From: Deltaproteobacteria bacterium | GTDB taxonomy: Bacteria > SAR324 > XYD2-FULL-50-16 | Assembly: GCA_029881655.1 (NCBI GenBank) | Contig: JAOUME010000001.1 | Location: 2,351-66,350 of the forward strand | DNA: 64,000 bases | Reading direction: 5' to 3' | Made by a program: the position numbers and the translations under genes | In this document: piece by piece, positions 1-9,988 of the stretch | Layout of the letters: the number at the start of each line of letters is the position of its first letter | How positions within the stretch are numbered: the first letter of the stretch is position 1 | Notes under the pieces: generated by a model | Told to the model about the DNA's origin: nothing | What the model saw: only the letters and a program-made list of their open reading frames with translations | The model's database searches: none

Positions 1-1550
1 CTTTCAGAGAGGGGTTTCTAAGAAACAGCACTTGGCCCTTTAAGACGGGGTCAGGAGCTGAAGTTCACAATCCTCCCGGGGAATGGGCTTTAAAAAATTG
101 TCTGGATTCCTGGCTACCCATTTTGAGAGCTTGCATAACACTTAAAAATCAGGGGATCGACTACCAACTCAGTCTGGATATTTCTCCCCCGGTAGCCTAT
201 TTAATCTCTAGTCCGCGATTTAAAGATTATATGTCCCGATTTTTGTTACGGATGATAGCGAGAATCAAAAGTCAGTTGGCGCTAATGAAATCGAGACTTG
301 ATTCTCCCGATTTGATATGGGCGGGGCAAAGGTATTTAGAAGATTTAGAAGCGATTGATCGGTTTTATAATCATGATTTACAAAAAAACATGATCGGAGC
401 TTTTAGGGAATTGGAACTTCAGGGATTTTTAGAGATATCCACCTGTACCGCGACTCATGGGATGCCGGCGGTGCTTGAAAGCACTCCAGACTCTCTCAAA
501 ACTCAAGTAGCACTGGCCTGCCGGAGTCATCACCGTATTTTCGGCGACAGGCCTCGAGGTATCTGGCCGGCGGAAAATTCGTTTTTCCCTGGGATGGAAC
601 ATTTCCTGGATCAGGAATCGCTTTATTACTTCTTTACTGAAGCGGAAGCGGTTCTGTGGGGGTCCCATCAGTTAGCTCAAGAGGAATTCAATCCACTTTT
701 GTTGCCAGATGGGGGAATCGTGGCTTTTGGCAGGAGCCGGATGGGTCGCCTTCAGGTCTGGGACGCTGATCACGGTTACGCCGGGCATCCTGATTTTAGG
801 GAATACCATCACCGTCATCTGGGATTGCCCCTTAAAAAAATCACCTCAAAACTGACAGAAGACAAAGCGCCTTATAACCCTGATCATGCCGAGCATACCG
901 CTAAAAGCTTCGCGCATGATTTCCATAACAAGCTATCTCAAAAAGCTAATGAGCTAAGAGACTTTGAATTTCCGAACATTCCATTGATTACCTGCACATA
1001 TGACGCTGAGCTTTTTGGGCATCACTGGTCTGAAGGCGTTATATTCCTAGAGGAGCTCTTAAGGGCATTTTATCATAAAAGCGATTTTATTGGATTGACC
1101 ACGCCTTCTCATTATCTAGTCGGCAAACCCGTTTTGCCGACCTTGACGCCAAACCCTTCGACCTGGGGACATGAGGCGGTTCATATCCGCTGGACAGACG
1201 CGAAAGTCATCTGGACCCAAAGACAACTCGACCGAGCCGATGAACTGTTAAGGAAATATCTTGAAAAGGCAGTTATTGGAGTGCTGAATGAAACACAAAA
1301 GAGAATGGTGGAGCAGATGGGCGCCGAATTGGTTCGAGCCCAAAGTTCGGACTTAACTTTCGTAATCATGGCGGGTGATTTCGAAGAAGACATGGTAAGA
1401 GAGATTCAAAAATACCTGGATTACTTTTACCGTCTTAAATATCTGGTTGATAATCGGATCGAGGATGAAGACTTTCTCGAGTTTCGTCTTTTGGAAAACG
1501 ATATGTTCCCTGAAATTCCTGAATATTATCAGATTAGATCATCATTTTAA
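1..1550 (+). CDS. GH57 family 1,4-alpha-glucan branching enzyme-like protein (DUF1957 C-terminus), 5'-truncated by the window edge
   Basis: Frame is open from nt 3 into the 123 ORF (...PGEWALKNCLDSWLPIL). GH57 motifs: TCTATHG, GIWPAE, YDAELFGHHWSEG, AQSSD. Confidence 0.85.
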   Translation, partial: FREGFLRNSTWPFKTGSGAEVHNPPGEWALKNCLDSWLPILRACITLKNQGIDYQLSLDISPPVAYLISSPRFKDYMSRFLLRMIARIKSQLALMKSRLDSPDLIWAGQRYLEDLEAIDRFYNHDLQKNMIGAFRELELQGFLEISTCTATHGMPAVLESTPDSLKTQVALACRSHHRIFGDRPRGIWPAENSFFPGMEHFLDQESLYYFFTEAEAVLWGSHQLAQEEFNPLLLPDGGIVAFGRSRMGRLQVWDADHGYAGHPDFREYHHRHLGLPLKKITSKLTEDKAPYNPDHAEHTAKSFAHDFHNKLSQKANELRDFEFPNIPLITCTYDAELFGHHWSEGVIFLEELLRAFYHKSDFIGLTTPSHYLVGKPVLPTLTPNPSTWGHEAVHIRWTDAKVIWTQRQLDRADELLRKYLEKAVIGVLNETQKRMVEQMGAELVRAQSSDLTFVIMAGDFEEDMVREIQKYLDYFYRLKYLVDNRIEDEDFLEFRLLENDMFPEIPEYYQIRSSF

Positions 1551-1564
1551 CTTTATTAGCTTGA

Positions 1565-1599
1565 TTGACATATTAAATTATAATATTTAGATATTATAA
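1565..1599 (+). promoter_or_regulatory. Ferritin promoter region with palindromic operator
   Basis: TTGACA at 1565-1570 followed by the inverted repeat TTATAATAT-ttag-ATATTATAA (1578-1599). Confidence 0.55.
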
Positions 1600-1631
1600 A
1601 TCACCTGATTATTGAGTGTACAAGAGGAGTT

Positions 1632-2138
1632 ATGCTGACCAAAAAAATCGAAGACGCTTTAAACCACCATTTAACCGAAGAGTTTGAATCGGCATATCTT
1701 TATCTTTCGGTGGCATCTTATTTCAGTTCGATTGAATTGCCAGGCTTCGCGCATTGGATGAAGATTCAGTATGAAGAAGAGATGTACCATACGATGAAGT
1801 TCTATGATTTTTTGGAACTTAGGGACGGCAGGGTTAGATTGGCGGGGTTAAAGGCTCCCAAAGTCGACTGGGCATCGCCAATTGAAGCTTTTTCCCAGGT
1901 TTTCGCGCATGAACAGTTGATATCATCCAAGATACATGAACTGGTGGATCTTTCTCTCAAGGAAAAGGATCACGCTACCAATAATTTTTTGCAATGGTTC
2001 GTTTCCGAACAGGTGGAGGAAGAGGCCACGACAAAAGGCATCCTAAGCAGACTGAAGATGATAGGGGATTCGACCTCAAGTCTATTAATGTTAGATCAGG
2101 AATTATCCAAACGGGTTTTTGTGCCTCCTGAGAAATAG
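1632..2138 (+). CDS. ftnA: Non-heme ferritin
   Basis: Ferroxidase motifs EFESAYLY, EEEMYH, HEQ, FLQWFVSEQVEEE; SD GAGGAG upstream. Confidence 0.93.
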   Translation: MLTKKIEDALNHHLTEEFESAYLYLSVASYFSSIELPGFAHWMKIQYEEEMYHTMKFYDFLELRDGRVRLAGLKAPKVDWASPIEAFSQVFAHEQLISSKIHELVDLSLKEKDHATNNFLQWFVSEQVEEEATTKGILSRLKMIGDSTSSLLMLDQELSKRVFVPPEK

Positions 2139-2191
2139 ATTTATTTGGATTTTGTCTTGGAATTTATCATCAACAAATATAAACGAGAAAT

Positions 2192-2536
2192 ATGAAGGAT
2201 AATTCGGAAGCCAATGATCAATTGATCAGTCAATTAACGAGCTTATTTGATGATCAGGAAGAAAATATTGAAAAGGCGGTACGATGCCTTAAGGTGATTG
2301 CCCATCCGGCCAGACTGAAGATTATTTGCGTGCTGGAGACAGGCGAACATTCAGTTCAGCAGCTAGAACAGTATGTGGGTATAGCTCAGGCCACATTATC
2401 TCAACATCTCTCACTTTTAAAGGATCGAGGGATTTTGTCTTCGAGGCGAGACGGGAATTTTTCTCTTTACCGGGTCGCCAACAATGACATGATCAAACTG
2501 TTTGAGTTGATTAAGAAGATTTTTTGTACCTTGTGA
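2192..2536 (+). CDS. ArsR/SmtB regulator, BigR/SqrR-like (persulfide/redox sensing)
   Basis: HPARLKIIC, QATLSQHL and RRDG wing motif; Cys46 and Cys112 (IFC) are 66 aa apart. Confidence 0.85.
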   Translation: MKDNSEANDQLISQLTSLFDDQEENIEKAVRCLKVIAHPARLKIICVLETGEHSVQQLEQYVGIAQATLSQHLSLLKDRGILSSRRDGNFSLYRVANNDMIKLFELIKKIFCTL

Positions 2537-2538
2537 TT

Positions 2539-2754
2539 TTATTTTTTGATGATAACATCGGTTGTGAGTTTGTAGATCAAAAACAAAATCGGCCAGATAT
2601 GAAAAATAAGATCGAAAATATCGATTGGTCGAGAAAGATTCCCCTGAAATAACATCCGTAATTTTTCTACCAGATGCGGTTCCGGGAAAAAAGGAGCCAA
2701 CCCAAACGCAATCGTAGCAATAATCAGAAATTTGTAAGATAAAAAGAGTTCCAA
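2539..2754 (-). CDS. Small two-TM membrane protein
   Basis: Two hydrophobic segments around APFFPEPHLVEKL...PIDIFDLIFH; TTG start. Confidence 0.7.
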   Translation of the reverse strand: MELFLSYKFLIIATIAFGLAPFFPEPHLVEKLRMLFQGNLSRPIDIFDLIFHIWPILFLIYKLTTDVIIKK

Positions 2755-3445
2755 ATTTACCTTTTTATTTAATCGGGTAAAAGCATTCTTTGAATAAGTT
2801 TATTCTCACCCAAACCAGCTTTCAGAGGCAATAAATTTCCTGTCTTTGTTCAATCCAGAATACAAAAATCAAATATATTATTCAATCTAAATATTTTTAT
2901 AATATAATATACTTAAGTGGCGATATAATTTAAAACTGTTGCGTTTTTCAAAAACGATTAAAGACCTTTGCATGGGAGAAAACAGAGATGGTTGTTTTAA
3001 ATGATATTATCTGATTAAAACAACCCAAAGGAAATGCCTCATGGAGCGAAAAGTCGAGACTCAAAGTACGATCGCTGATTATTAAACCGTAGAAAACCAA
3101 TAAAATAGGCTTTTTGGAAAAGTGGATCGGTTGAAATGAGGGATTAGTCCTTAAAGTAGAAGTTAACCCAAGGTTATGGAATGAAAACTGGGCTAACTTA
3201 TTCAAAAAAGAACGGTTGAAAGTGAAAAATAGTAGAGTACAACCTCGTTCAGAAATCTTAAAATATCTTTTGTTTAAGCTGACCCAGTCGAATAACTTGA
3301 TTTATTTTTAATATAAGGTTACATGAAAAGTTAAATAAAAGCATCCTTGTCGCTCGCAAACACATTAACTTTAAAATTGACAATTTAAAAGACCAGACCT
3401 GACTCAATTCTTGAAATCATTTTAAATTAATTGGAAATCATCGCC

Positions 3446-4618
3446 ATGTATATTATAGCCACTTACAATCAAATTGCCTCAAAAGGCCTTGACTGTTTTG
3501 CCAGAGAACGTTTTGAAGTCGGCAGCGGACTTACCTCACCAGATGGCATTTTAGTGCGCAGTTACAAAATCCTGCCTGAAAATCTCGATCCTAATCTCAA
3601 GGCTCTCGCCAGGGCCGGAGCGGGTGTAGATAAGATCTGCGTGGATGACTGCACTAATAGAGGCATCGTGGTTTTCAACACTCCTGGCGCCAATGCCAAC
3701 TCGGTCAAGGAACTGACCATGCTGGGACTTTTACTCTCGACCAGAGGCGTAATCAAAGGGGCGAGGTTTTTGGAGGAACTCAAAGCAACGACCCAGGACC
3801 CAACTGAAATATCCAAAACCGTCGAGCAGGAAAAAAAACGCTTCGCAGGAAATGAAATCAAAGGTAAAACCTTGGGTATCGTCGGCCTGGGGGCTATCGG
3901 CTCTTTGGTGGCAGACATGGCACTGAGCATGGGCATGAGCGTGCTGGGGTATGACCCTGGGCTTTCGGTCGAATCAGCCTGGCGGCTTTCAAATCAGATC
4001 CAAAAAATGGACAACCTGCCTAGCCTTCTCGGAAAAGCGGACTTTGTGACCCTGCATCTACCTATGCTGGAGGCGACCAAGGATTTGATCAACAAAGACA
4101 GCATCCAGTTTTTCAAGAAAGGGGCCGTCCTCCTGAATTTCTCAAGGGAAGGCATCGTTGACAACGAGGCAGTTTTAAAAGCCTTGAAAGCGGGTATCTT
4201 AAGCCGATTCATCTCTGATTTCCCCACACCCAACCTAATGGGAAGAGAAGATACCATTTTCATGCCCCATATCGGCGCGAGTACCCAGGAAGCTGAAGAG
4301 AACTGCGCAATCATGGCTTCAAAACAGCTGATCGATTTTTTGGAAAACGGCAACATAGTCAATTCGGTCAATTTTCCCCAGCTTTATCTGGAACGGCTTA
4401 GCCAACACCGGATCGTTTTTGCCAATAAAAACATCCCCAATATGCTGGGTCAGGTCTTGCCGATTTTGGCAGAAAGCAACCTTAATGTCCTGGATATGCT
4501 CAATAAAAGCAGGGGAGAAATCGCCTACAGCGTCATTGATGTTGAAAGCTCTATTCCCAAAGAGACCATCGATAAAATTAAAGGTATTGAAGGGATTTTG
4601 TCGGCAAGAGCACTTTAG
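3446..4618 (+). CDS. serA: D-3-phosphoglycerate dehydrogenase
   Basis: RAGAG, NTPGANANSV, GLGAIG, PHIGAST and a C-terminal ACT domain; adjacent to serC. Confidence 0.93.
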   Translation: MYIIATYNQIASKGLDCFARERFEVGSGLTSPDGILVRSYKILPENLDPNLKALARAGAGVDKICVDDCTNRGIVVFNTPGANANSVKELTMLGLLLSTRGVIKGARFLEELKATTQDPTEISKTVEQEKKRFAGNEIKGKTLGIVGLGAIGSLVADMALSMGMSVLGYDPGLSVESAWRLSNQIQKMDNLPSLLGKADFVTLHLPMLEATKDLINKDSIQFFKKGAVLLNFSREGIVDNEAVLKALKAGILSRFISDFPTPNLMGREDTIFMPHIGASTQEAEENCAIMASKQLIDFLENGNIVNSVNFPQLYLERLSQHRIVFANKNIPNMLGQVLPILAESNLNVLDMLNKSRGEIAYSVIDVESSIPKETIDKIKGIEGILSARAL

Positions 4619-4681
4619 TTTCTCAACATAATATTGTTTTATTGATTACTTTTTTTACAACATTTCCAAGGAGTGATTTAA

Positions 4682-5773
4682 ATGTCAAAGAAGGTTTATA
4701 ATTTCGGAGCCGGCCCAGCTATGCTACCTATTCCTGTGATGGAACAGATTCAAAGAGAATATCTCGATTATAACAATATGGGAGTATCAGTCGTTGAAAT
4801 CAGTCACCGTTCGAAAGAGTTCGACAAACTGCTCGGTGAAACCGACGAGCTTTTCAGGGAGTTGGTCGCGTTACCTAAAAACTATAAAATTCTTTATATG
4901 CACGGCGGTGCTCAAATGCAGTTTTCAGCTGTTCCCATGAATATTTTGGGGCTCAAACCCGCCAAGAAGGCAATTTATATTGAATCGGGCAACTTCGCCA
5001 AGGTCGCCCACCAGGAAGCTTCACGCTATGGAGAAATCGAGATTTTAGCCTCCAGCAAGGAAACCAATTTCGACCGCATCCCCGATTTTGATCCATCAGA
5101 CATTAATCCCGAGGCATCTTATTTTTACATCACCAGCAACAACACCGTTATGGGTACCCGCTGGAATAAAATACCCCAGACCGGAGAGGTGCCTTTAGTC
5201 GCTGATGCCACTTCCGAGATCCTATCCAGAAAACTGGATTTTTCCCAGTTCGGCCTTATTTTCGCGGGAACCCAGAAAAATCTTGGCCCCTCCGGTCTAG
5301 CCATGACCATCATCAGGGAAGACCTGCTCGGAAAAGCCATGTCTGAGACACCGAAACTTTTAAACTACCAGCAATGCGAAAAGGATCATTCCCTGACCAA
5401 CACGCCCAATACCTTCGCGATTTATGTCATCAGACTCGTTTTGGAATGGCTTAAAGGAAAAGGCGGTGTCGAGGCGATCGAGAAAATAAACATCCAAAAA
5501 TCAAATATCCTCTACGATCTGATCGATAAAACCAGTTTTTATCTGGGTCATTCACAACCGGAGCATCGCTCGACCATGAACGTTACATTCAATTTGGCCA
5601 ACGGCGATCTTTTGGAGACTTTTTTAAAGGAAGCCTTGGCTGAAGGATTTTATGCCTTGAAAGGCCATCGGGCAGTCGGTGGAGCTAGAGCATCGATCTA
5701 TAATGCGATGCCAATCGAAGGGGTTCAGGCACTAGCTGATTTTATGAAACACTTCGAGCAAAAAAACGGTTAG
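4682..5773 (+). CDS. serC: Phosphoserine aminotransferase
   Basis: NFGAGPAMLP, SHRS, AGTQKNLGP (PLP Lys), GHRAVGG.RASIYNAM. Confidence 0.96.
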   Translation: MSKKVYNFGAGPAMLPIPVMEQIQREYLDYNNMGVSVVEISHRSKEFDKLLGETDELFRELVALPKNYKILYMHGGAQMQFSAVPMNILGLKPAKKAIYIESGNFAKVAHQEASRYGEIEILASSKETNFDRIPDFDPSDINPEASYFYITSNNTVMGTRWNKIPQTGEVPLVADATSEILSRKLDFSQFGLIFAGTQKNLGPSGLAMTIIREDLLGKAMSETPKLLNYQQCEKDHSLTNTPNTFAIYVIRLVLEWLKGKGGVEAIEKINIQKSNILYDLIDKTSFYLGHSQPEHRSTMNVTFNLANGDLLETFLKEALAEGFYALKGHRAVGGARASIYNAMPIEGVQALADFMKHFEQKNG

Positions 5774-5850
5774 CTTTTCTAAATACCCAGGCAGTCCGGT
5801 TTGAAGACTTCCATGTGGTTTTATTAAAAACCACTTCCTCCCCTAAGACC

Positions 5851-6663
5851 ATGACAAAAGACAGTATTGCGATTATCGGTTGCGGCAATATGGGATCGGC
5901 CATTGCGAAAGCCCTGCTGGAAAACAGGATCGTTCAGCCAGAGAACCTCGTTTTGATCGAAAAAAACCCGAATCAAGCCATAAAAGCTCTCACAGAAGCG
6001 AAGTCTCGACATTATCATGAAATTGAAGAGTATCAGGGGATATACAAGAAAGTGATTCTTGCGATCAAGCCACAAGACGCCGAAACGACCCTGAAACGAT
6101 TGGCCAAAAAAACCGATCATGACAGTCTCGTGATTTCAGTCATGGCGGGAATCACCCTGAAGAAGATGGTAGCTTATCTAGGCGATATTGAGATCATCCG
6201 TTGCATGCCTAACACACCCTGCCAAGTTCGCCAAGGGATGAGTGCCTACTTTGGCTCAAATAAAGTCCGGCAAGTTAGCTTCGATTTCGTGCGGGCCATA
6301 CTTGAAGGCATGGGAAAAGCGATTCGCCTTAAAAAAGAAGGACTGATCGATGCGGTTACCGCCATTTCTGGAAGCGGTCCGGCGTATGTTTTTTATCTGG
6401 CCGAAGCACTATTCGAAGGCGCGATTGAGTTGGGTCTCGATGAAAATCAAGCTCTTATCTTATCCAAACAAACCTTGCTTGGCGCGGCAACGCTTTTGGA
6501 TCAATCTGACATCCCCGCTGGTGAGCTTAGGAAAAAAGTCACCTCTCCCGGAGGGACAACCGAAGCGGCTTTGAATCATTTTAAGGATAAAAACTTGAAA
6601 GGAAACTTGATCGAAGGTTTCAAAAAAGCCTGCCGTCGCTCCTTTGAACTGGGTGATAAATAG
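5851..6663 (+). CDS. proC: Pyrroline-5-carboxylate reductase
   Basis: IGCGNMG, RCMPNTP, SGSGPAY, VTSPGGTT. Confidence 0.95.
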   Translation: MTKDSIAIIGCGNMGSAIAKALLENRIVQPENLVLIEKNPNQAIKALTEAKSRHYHEIEEYQGIYKKVILAIKPQDAETTLKRLAKKTDHDSLVISVMAGITLKKMVAYLGDIEIIRCMPNTPCQVRQGMSAYFGSNKVRQVSFDFVRAILEGMGKAIRLKKEGLIDAVTAISGSGPAYVFYLAEALFEGAIELGLDENQALILSKQTLLGAATLLDQSDIPAGELRKKVTSPGGTTEAALNHFKDKNLKGNLIEGFKKACRRSFELGDK

Positions 6664-6681
6664 CCTGCTTTATTTAGCCCC

Positions 6682-7629
6682 TTAGGATTTATATTTATCG
6701 AGCCGGGCGCAAAGAGAAACAACGCCCATGGCATTGACCTCAATGTCGAAGGAAAGCACTTCCTTCGTGATAAAATCCTCTGGCACTCCCTGACTATAAA
6801 GCCAGCCAAAGATTCTTTCTTCCAAAAACAACGTTGTTTTTTCAAGCGAGCGGTGCTGTCGATAAAAAGAGAGCGCCTCAACCCCGAAAAGATCAACCCA
6901 GTCCAAGGTATGCCGTAAAAGGATCATGGCCTGATCGGTCATACCGAAATGGGTATAAAAGATTTTGAGCGGCTCGAGAGCCATTATTTTTTCTAAGGTG
7001 GACTTCATTGCCTCAGGGTCGAATTGGGTAGGCGTGGTCGCTGGTAAACATAAAGCCACTCCATATTGTTTAAATAGAGCCGCGTAAAACATCCCGCCCG
7101 CGTCGCCTGAAAAAACACCTCGGCTTTTTTGGTCATAAACCACAAAATGATGCAGAGCATGACCGGGGCTATCGAAAAACGTTAATTTTCTATTTGGTCC
7201 GATTTGGAGTTCTTCACCTTCGCCTTTAACAATAATCCGTTCTTTTTTGATCGGTAAAATCGGATCAAAATAAGACTTAAAAGCCTCCCTGTAAACCGTT
7301 TCCGCGCTTGAAATCAGTTTTGCGGGATCGCATAAATGGGCTATTGCTCTTCTATGACAAACCAGGACCGCATTTTCGCATTGACTTATTAAAAGCCCCG
7401 CTCCACCTGAGTGATCAAGGTGAATATGAGTCACAATCACAAAGTCCAGTTCACTTGGCTTAACACCCAATTCATCAAAAGCCTCTAATATCATCCCATT
7501 TGAAGGCGAAGCCCCGGTCTCGATAAAGATTTTTTTTTCAGCCAGTATTAAATAACCTGATGTCGCGAACTTCATTTTTTCATTTATCAGCTCAACACAA
7601 TAAACCGCGTCGCCCAGTTCCTCGATCAT
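6682..7629 (-). CDS. MBL-fold metallo-hydrolase
   Basis: THIHLDHSGG, PGHALHH, FSGD and THFG motifs. Confidence 0.9.
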   Translation of the reverse strand: MIEELGDAVYCVELINEKMKFATSGYLILAEKKIFIETGASPSNGMILEAFDELGVKPSELDFVIVTHIHLDHSGGAGLLISQCENAVLVCHRRAIAHLCDPAKLISSAETVYREAFKSYFDPILPIKKERIIVKGEGEELQIGPNRKLTFFDSPGHALHHFVVYDQKSRGVFSGDAGGMFYAALFKQYGVALCLPATTPTQFDPEAMKSTLEKIMALEPLKIFYTHFGMTDQAMILLRHTLDWVDLFGVEALSFYRQHRSLEKTTLFLEERIFGWLYSQGVPEDFITKEVLSFDIEVNAMGVVSLCARLDKYKS

Positions 7630-7727
7630 CCTGATTGCCAGTTGATTAATATTTCAAAAGCCCTTAATCTTTGCGTAACCGCATAAACGACGGTTATTTC
7701 ATTAATCTTCTGTAACAAAAAAGAAGT

Positions 7728-8783
7728 ATGTTGCCTAGTTTTTTCAAGAAAAAGACCCTGACGGGACTTTCCAGAACCTGCGGCTGAGCGGCAAAGATCA
7801 ATCCGACAGGTCTGTCGGAAGTCTTAAAAGTGCTAACAGCTTCGAATGATCCGAATCTGCTGATCGGCTTTGAAAACGCCGATGATGCCGCGGTCTACCG
7901 TTTAACCGATGAGATCGCCATGATTCATACTATTGACTTCATCACGCCGCCAGTGGATGATCCCTACTGGTTTGGTCAGATCGCCGCGGCCAATTCCATC
8001 TCGGATATCTATTCGATGGGTGGGATACCTCTGACCGCCTTGAACGTGGTGATGTTTCCCTCAAAGATCCTGGATATGGGTGTCCTTAAAGAAATCTTAA
8101 GAGGAGGCAACGACAAAGTGATTGAAGCGGGAGCGAGCCTTGTCGGGGGTCATTCCGTGGATGACGAGGAACCGAAATTCGGGCTTTGCGTCAATGGCAA
8201 GGTGCATCCTGAAAAAATATTAACCAACAAGGGAGCACAACCGGGCGATGCCTTAATCCTAACCAAACCGCTCGGAACCGGCGTTCTTTTCAATGCGGTC
8301 CGATCAAATAAATTCGATTTTAAGAACCTGGAATCTCTAATTCTTCCGAGTGTCGCGGCCTTGAACAAAAATGCGATTGAAGCTGCCCTCGACTATCCGA
8401 TCAACGCCTGCACGGACATCACGGGATTTGGAATCATTGGTCATTGCCTGGAAGTCGCCAAAGCTAGCGCTGTTGAGATCCGGCTTTCTTTTAATAGCCT
8501 TCCGATCTATCCCGGGGCACTCGAAATGTACCAAAAAGGCGAAACGACCGGTAGCAACAAGGGGAATAAAAAACTCAGCCAGGATTTTCTACGAATCCAG
8601 CGTAAAATTAAATCGCCTCAAAAAGAGATCCTCTTTGACCCCCAGACCTCGGGCGGTCTCCTTTTTTCCCTACCTGAATTAACAGCCCAAAAGCTACTTG
8701 AGTCCCTTCATCTAAAAGGGATTCATGATGCCCGTATCATCGGAAAAATCACTCAGGGATTACCCCAAATCATCATCGAGTAA
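7728..8783 (+). CDS. selD: Selenide, water dikinase; selenoprotein with Sec encoded by UGA at 7785-7787
   Basis: ATG 7728 is in frame with the 7830 ORF: MLPSFFKKKTLTGLSRTCG-U-AAKINP. UGA falls at the catalytic Cys/Sec position. Motifs DDAAVY, DFITP, GGHS, TDITGFG, DPQTSGGLL. Confidence 0.93.
7802..7819 (+). promoter_or_regulatory. Bacterial SECIS element
   Basis: Perfect hairpin TCCGACAG-GT-CTGTCGGA starting 14 nt after the UGA; apex CAGGUCUG resembles the E. coli fdhF SECIS. Confidence 0.85.
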
Positions 8784-8890
8784 GGCATTAAGACTGAAGA
8801 TTTTAAAACTTGTGCAGGGCTATCTACCATGATATATTTAAGCTATCATCACCGATAGGTCAGAATTGAATTTCACAGGTAAAATCTCCC

Positions 8891-9976
8891 ATGTTATTTC
8901 AAAAACCCAACCGAGAGACCTTTGAAGCCCGTTATTGGGAAAGGGTAAAAGGCGATGAAATCATGTGCGGACTATGTCCGAGAGCCTGCAAGCTCAACGA
9001 GGGACAAAAGGGAAACTGTTTTGTACGTCAAAATCTGGGTGGACGGATGGTCCTGACCACCTATGGTAAAAGTAGCGGGTTTTGCATCGATCCCATCGAG
9101 AAAAAACCACTGAACCACTTTTACCCTGGAAGTTCGGTCTTATCGTTTGGAACCGCCGGCTGTAATCTAGCCTGCAAGTTCTGCCAAAACTGGGATATCA
9201 GCCGCTCCAAGGAGTTCGATCGTTTATCTGAGAACGCCTCCCCTTTGGCAATCGCCGAAGCTGCCGAAACACACAAATGCAAAAGCATCGCCCTAACCTA
9301 TAACGATCCAGTCATTTTTTTGGAATATGCCCGTGATGTTGCCTTTGAGTGCCGAAAAAAAAACATCCGGGTTGTCGCGGTCACAGCGGGTTACATTAAT
9401 CCAGAGCCCAGAAAAGAATTTTTCTCTTTTATCGATGCGGTTAACGTCGATCTTAAATCATTCACGAACCTTTTTTATAGAAAACTAACCGGCGGTAATC
9501 TAAAAACGGTTTTGGACACACTGCTCCATATCAGGGAAAAGACCAAGGCCTGGCTGGAGATCACCACCTTGATCATTCCCGGAGAAAACGACAGCCCCCA
9601 AGAACTGAAAAAGCTTACCAAATGGATTAATAAGGAGTTGGGAAAAGATACCCCGCTTCACTTTTCGGCCTTTCATCCTGACTACAAGATGACCGATCGA
9701 CCCAAAACCCCTCTTTCAAGCCTGATTTCAGCCCGGAAAATAGCCTTGGATGAAGGCTTAAGGTACATTTATACCGGCAATGTCTACTACGAAGCGGGGG
9801 ATACCACCTTCTGCCCCAACTGTGGAGAAAAACTCATTGAGCGTAGCTGGTACGAGTTGCCGGGATATTATCTCTCTGAAAGTGGTTCCTGCCGACAATG
9901 TGGTTTAAAGGTCCCCGGAATGTTCGATTCCCAGCCCGGCACATGGGGAAACCGCCGAAAACCAATCCGGATTTAG
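8891..9976 (+). CDS. amrS: AmmeMemoRadiSam system radical SAM enzyme
   Basis: N-terminal CGLCPRAC, DPIEKKPLNHFYPG, GCNLACKFCQNWDIS, FHPDYKM, C-terminal CPNCG. Confidence 0.9.
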   Translation: MLFQKPNRETFEARYWERVKGDEIMCGLCPRACKLNEGQKGNCFVRQNLGGRMVLTTYGKSSGFCIDPIEKKPLNHFYPGSSVLSFGTAGCNLACKFCQNWDISRSKEFDRLSENASPLAIAEAAETHKCKSIALTYNDPVIFLEYARDVAFECRKKNIRVVAVTAGYINPEPRKEFFSFIDAVNVDLKSFTNLFYRKLTGGNLKTVLDTLLHIREKTKAWLEITTLIIPGENDSPQELKKLTKWINKELGKDTPLHFSAFHPDYKMTDRPKTPLSSLISARKIALDEGLRYIYTGNVYYEAGDTTFCPNCGEKLIERSWYELPGYYLSESGSCRQCGLKVPGMFDSQPGTWGNRRKPIRI

Positions 9977-9988
9977 ATAGGGCTTTTA

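Noticed and set aside
2948..3205. 85-aa minus-strand ORF
   Set aside because: Non-ATG start, no RBS and no protein-like motif.
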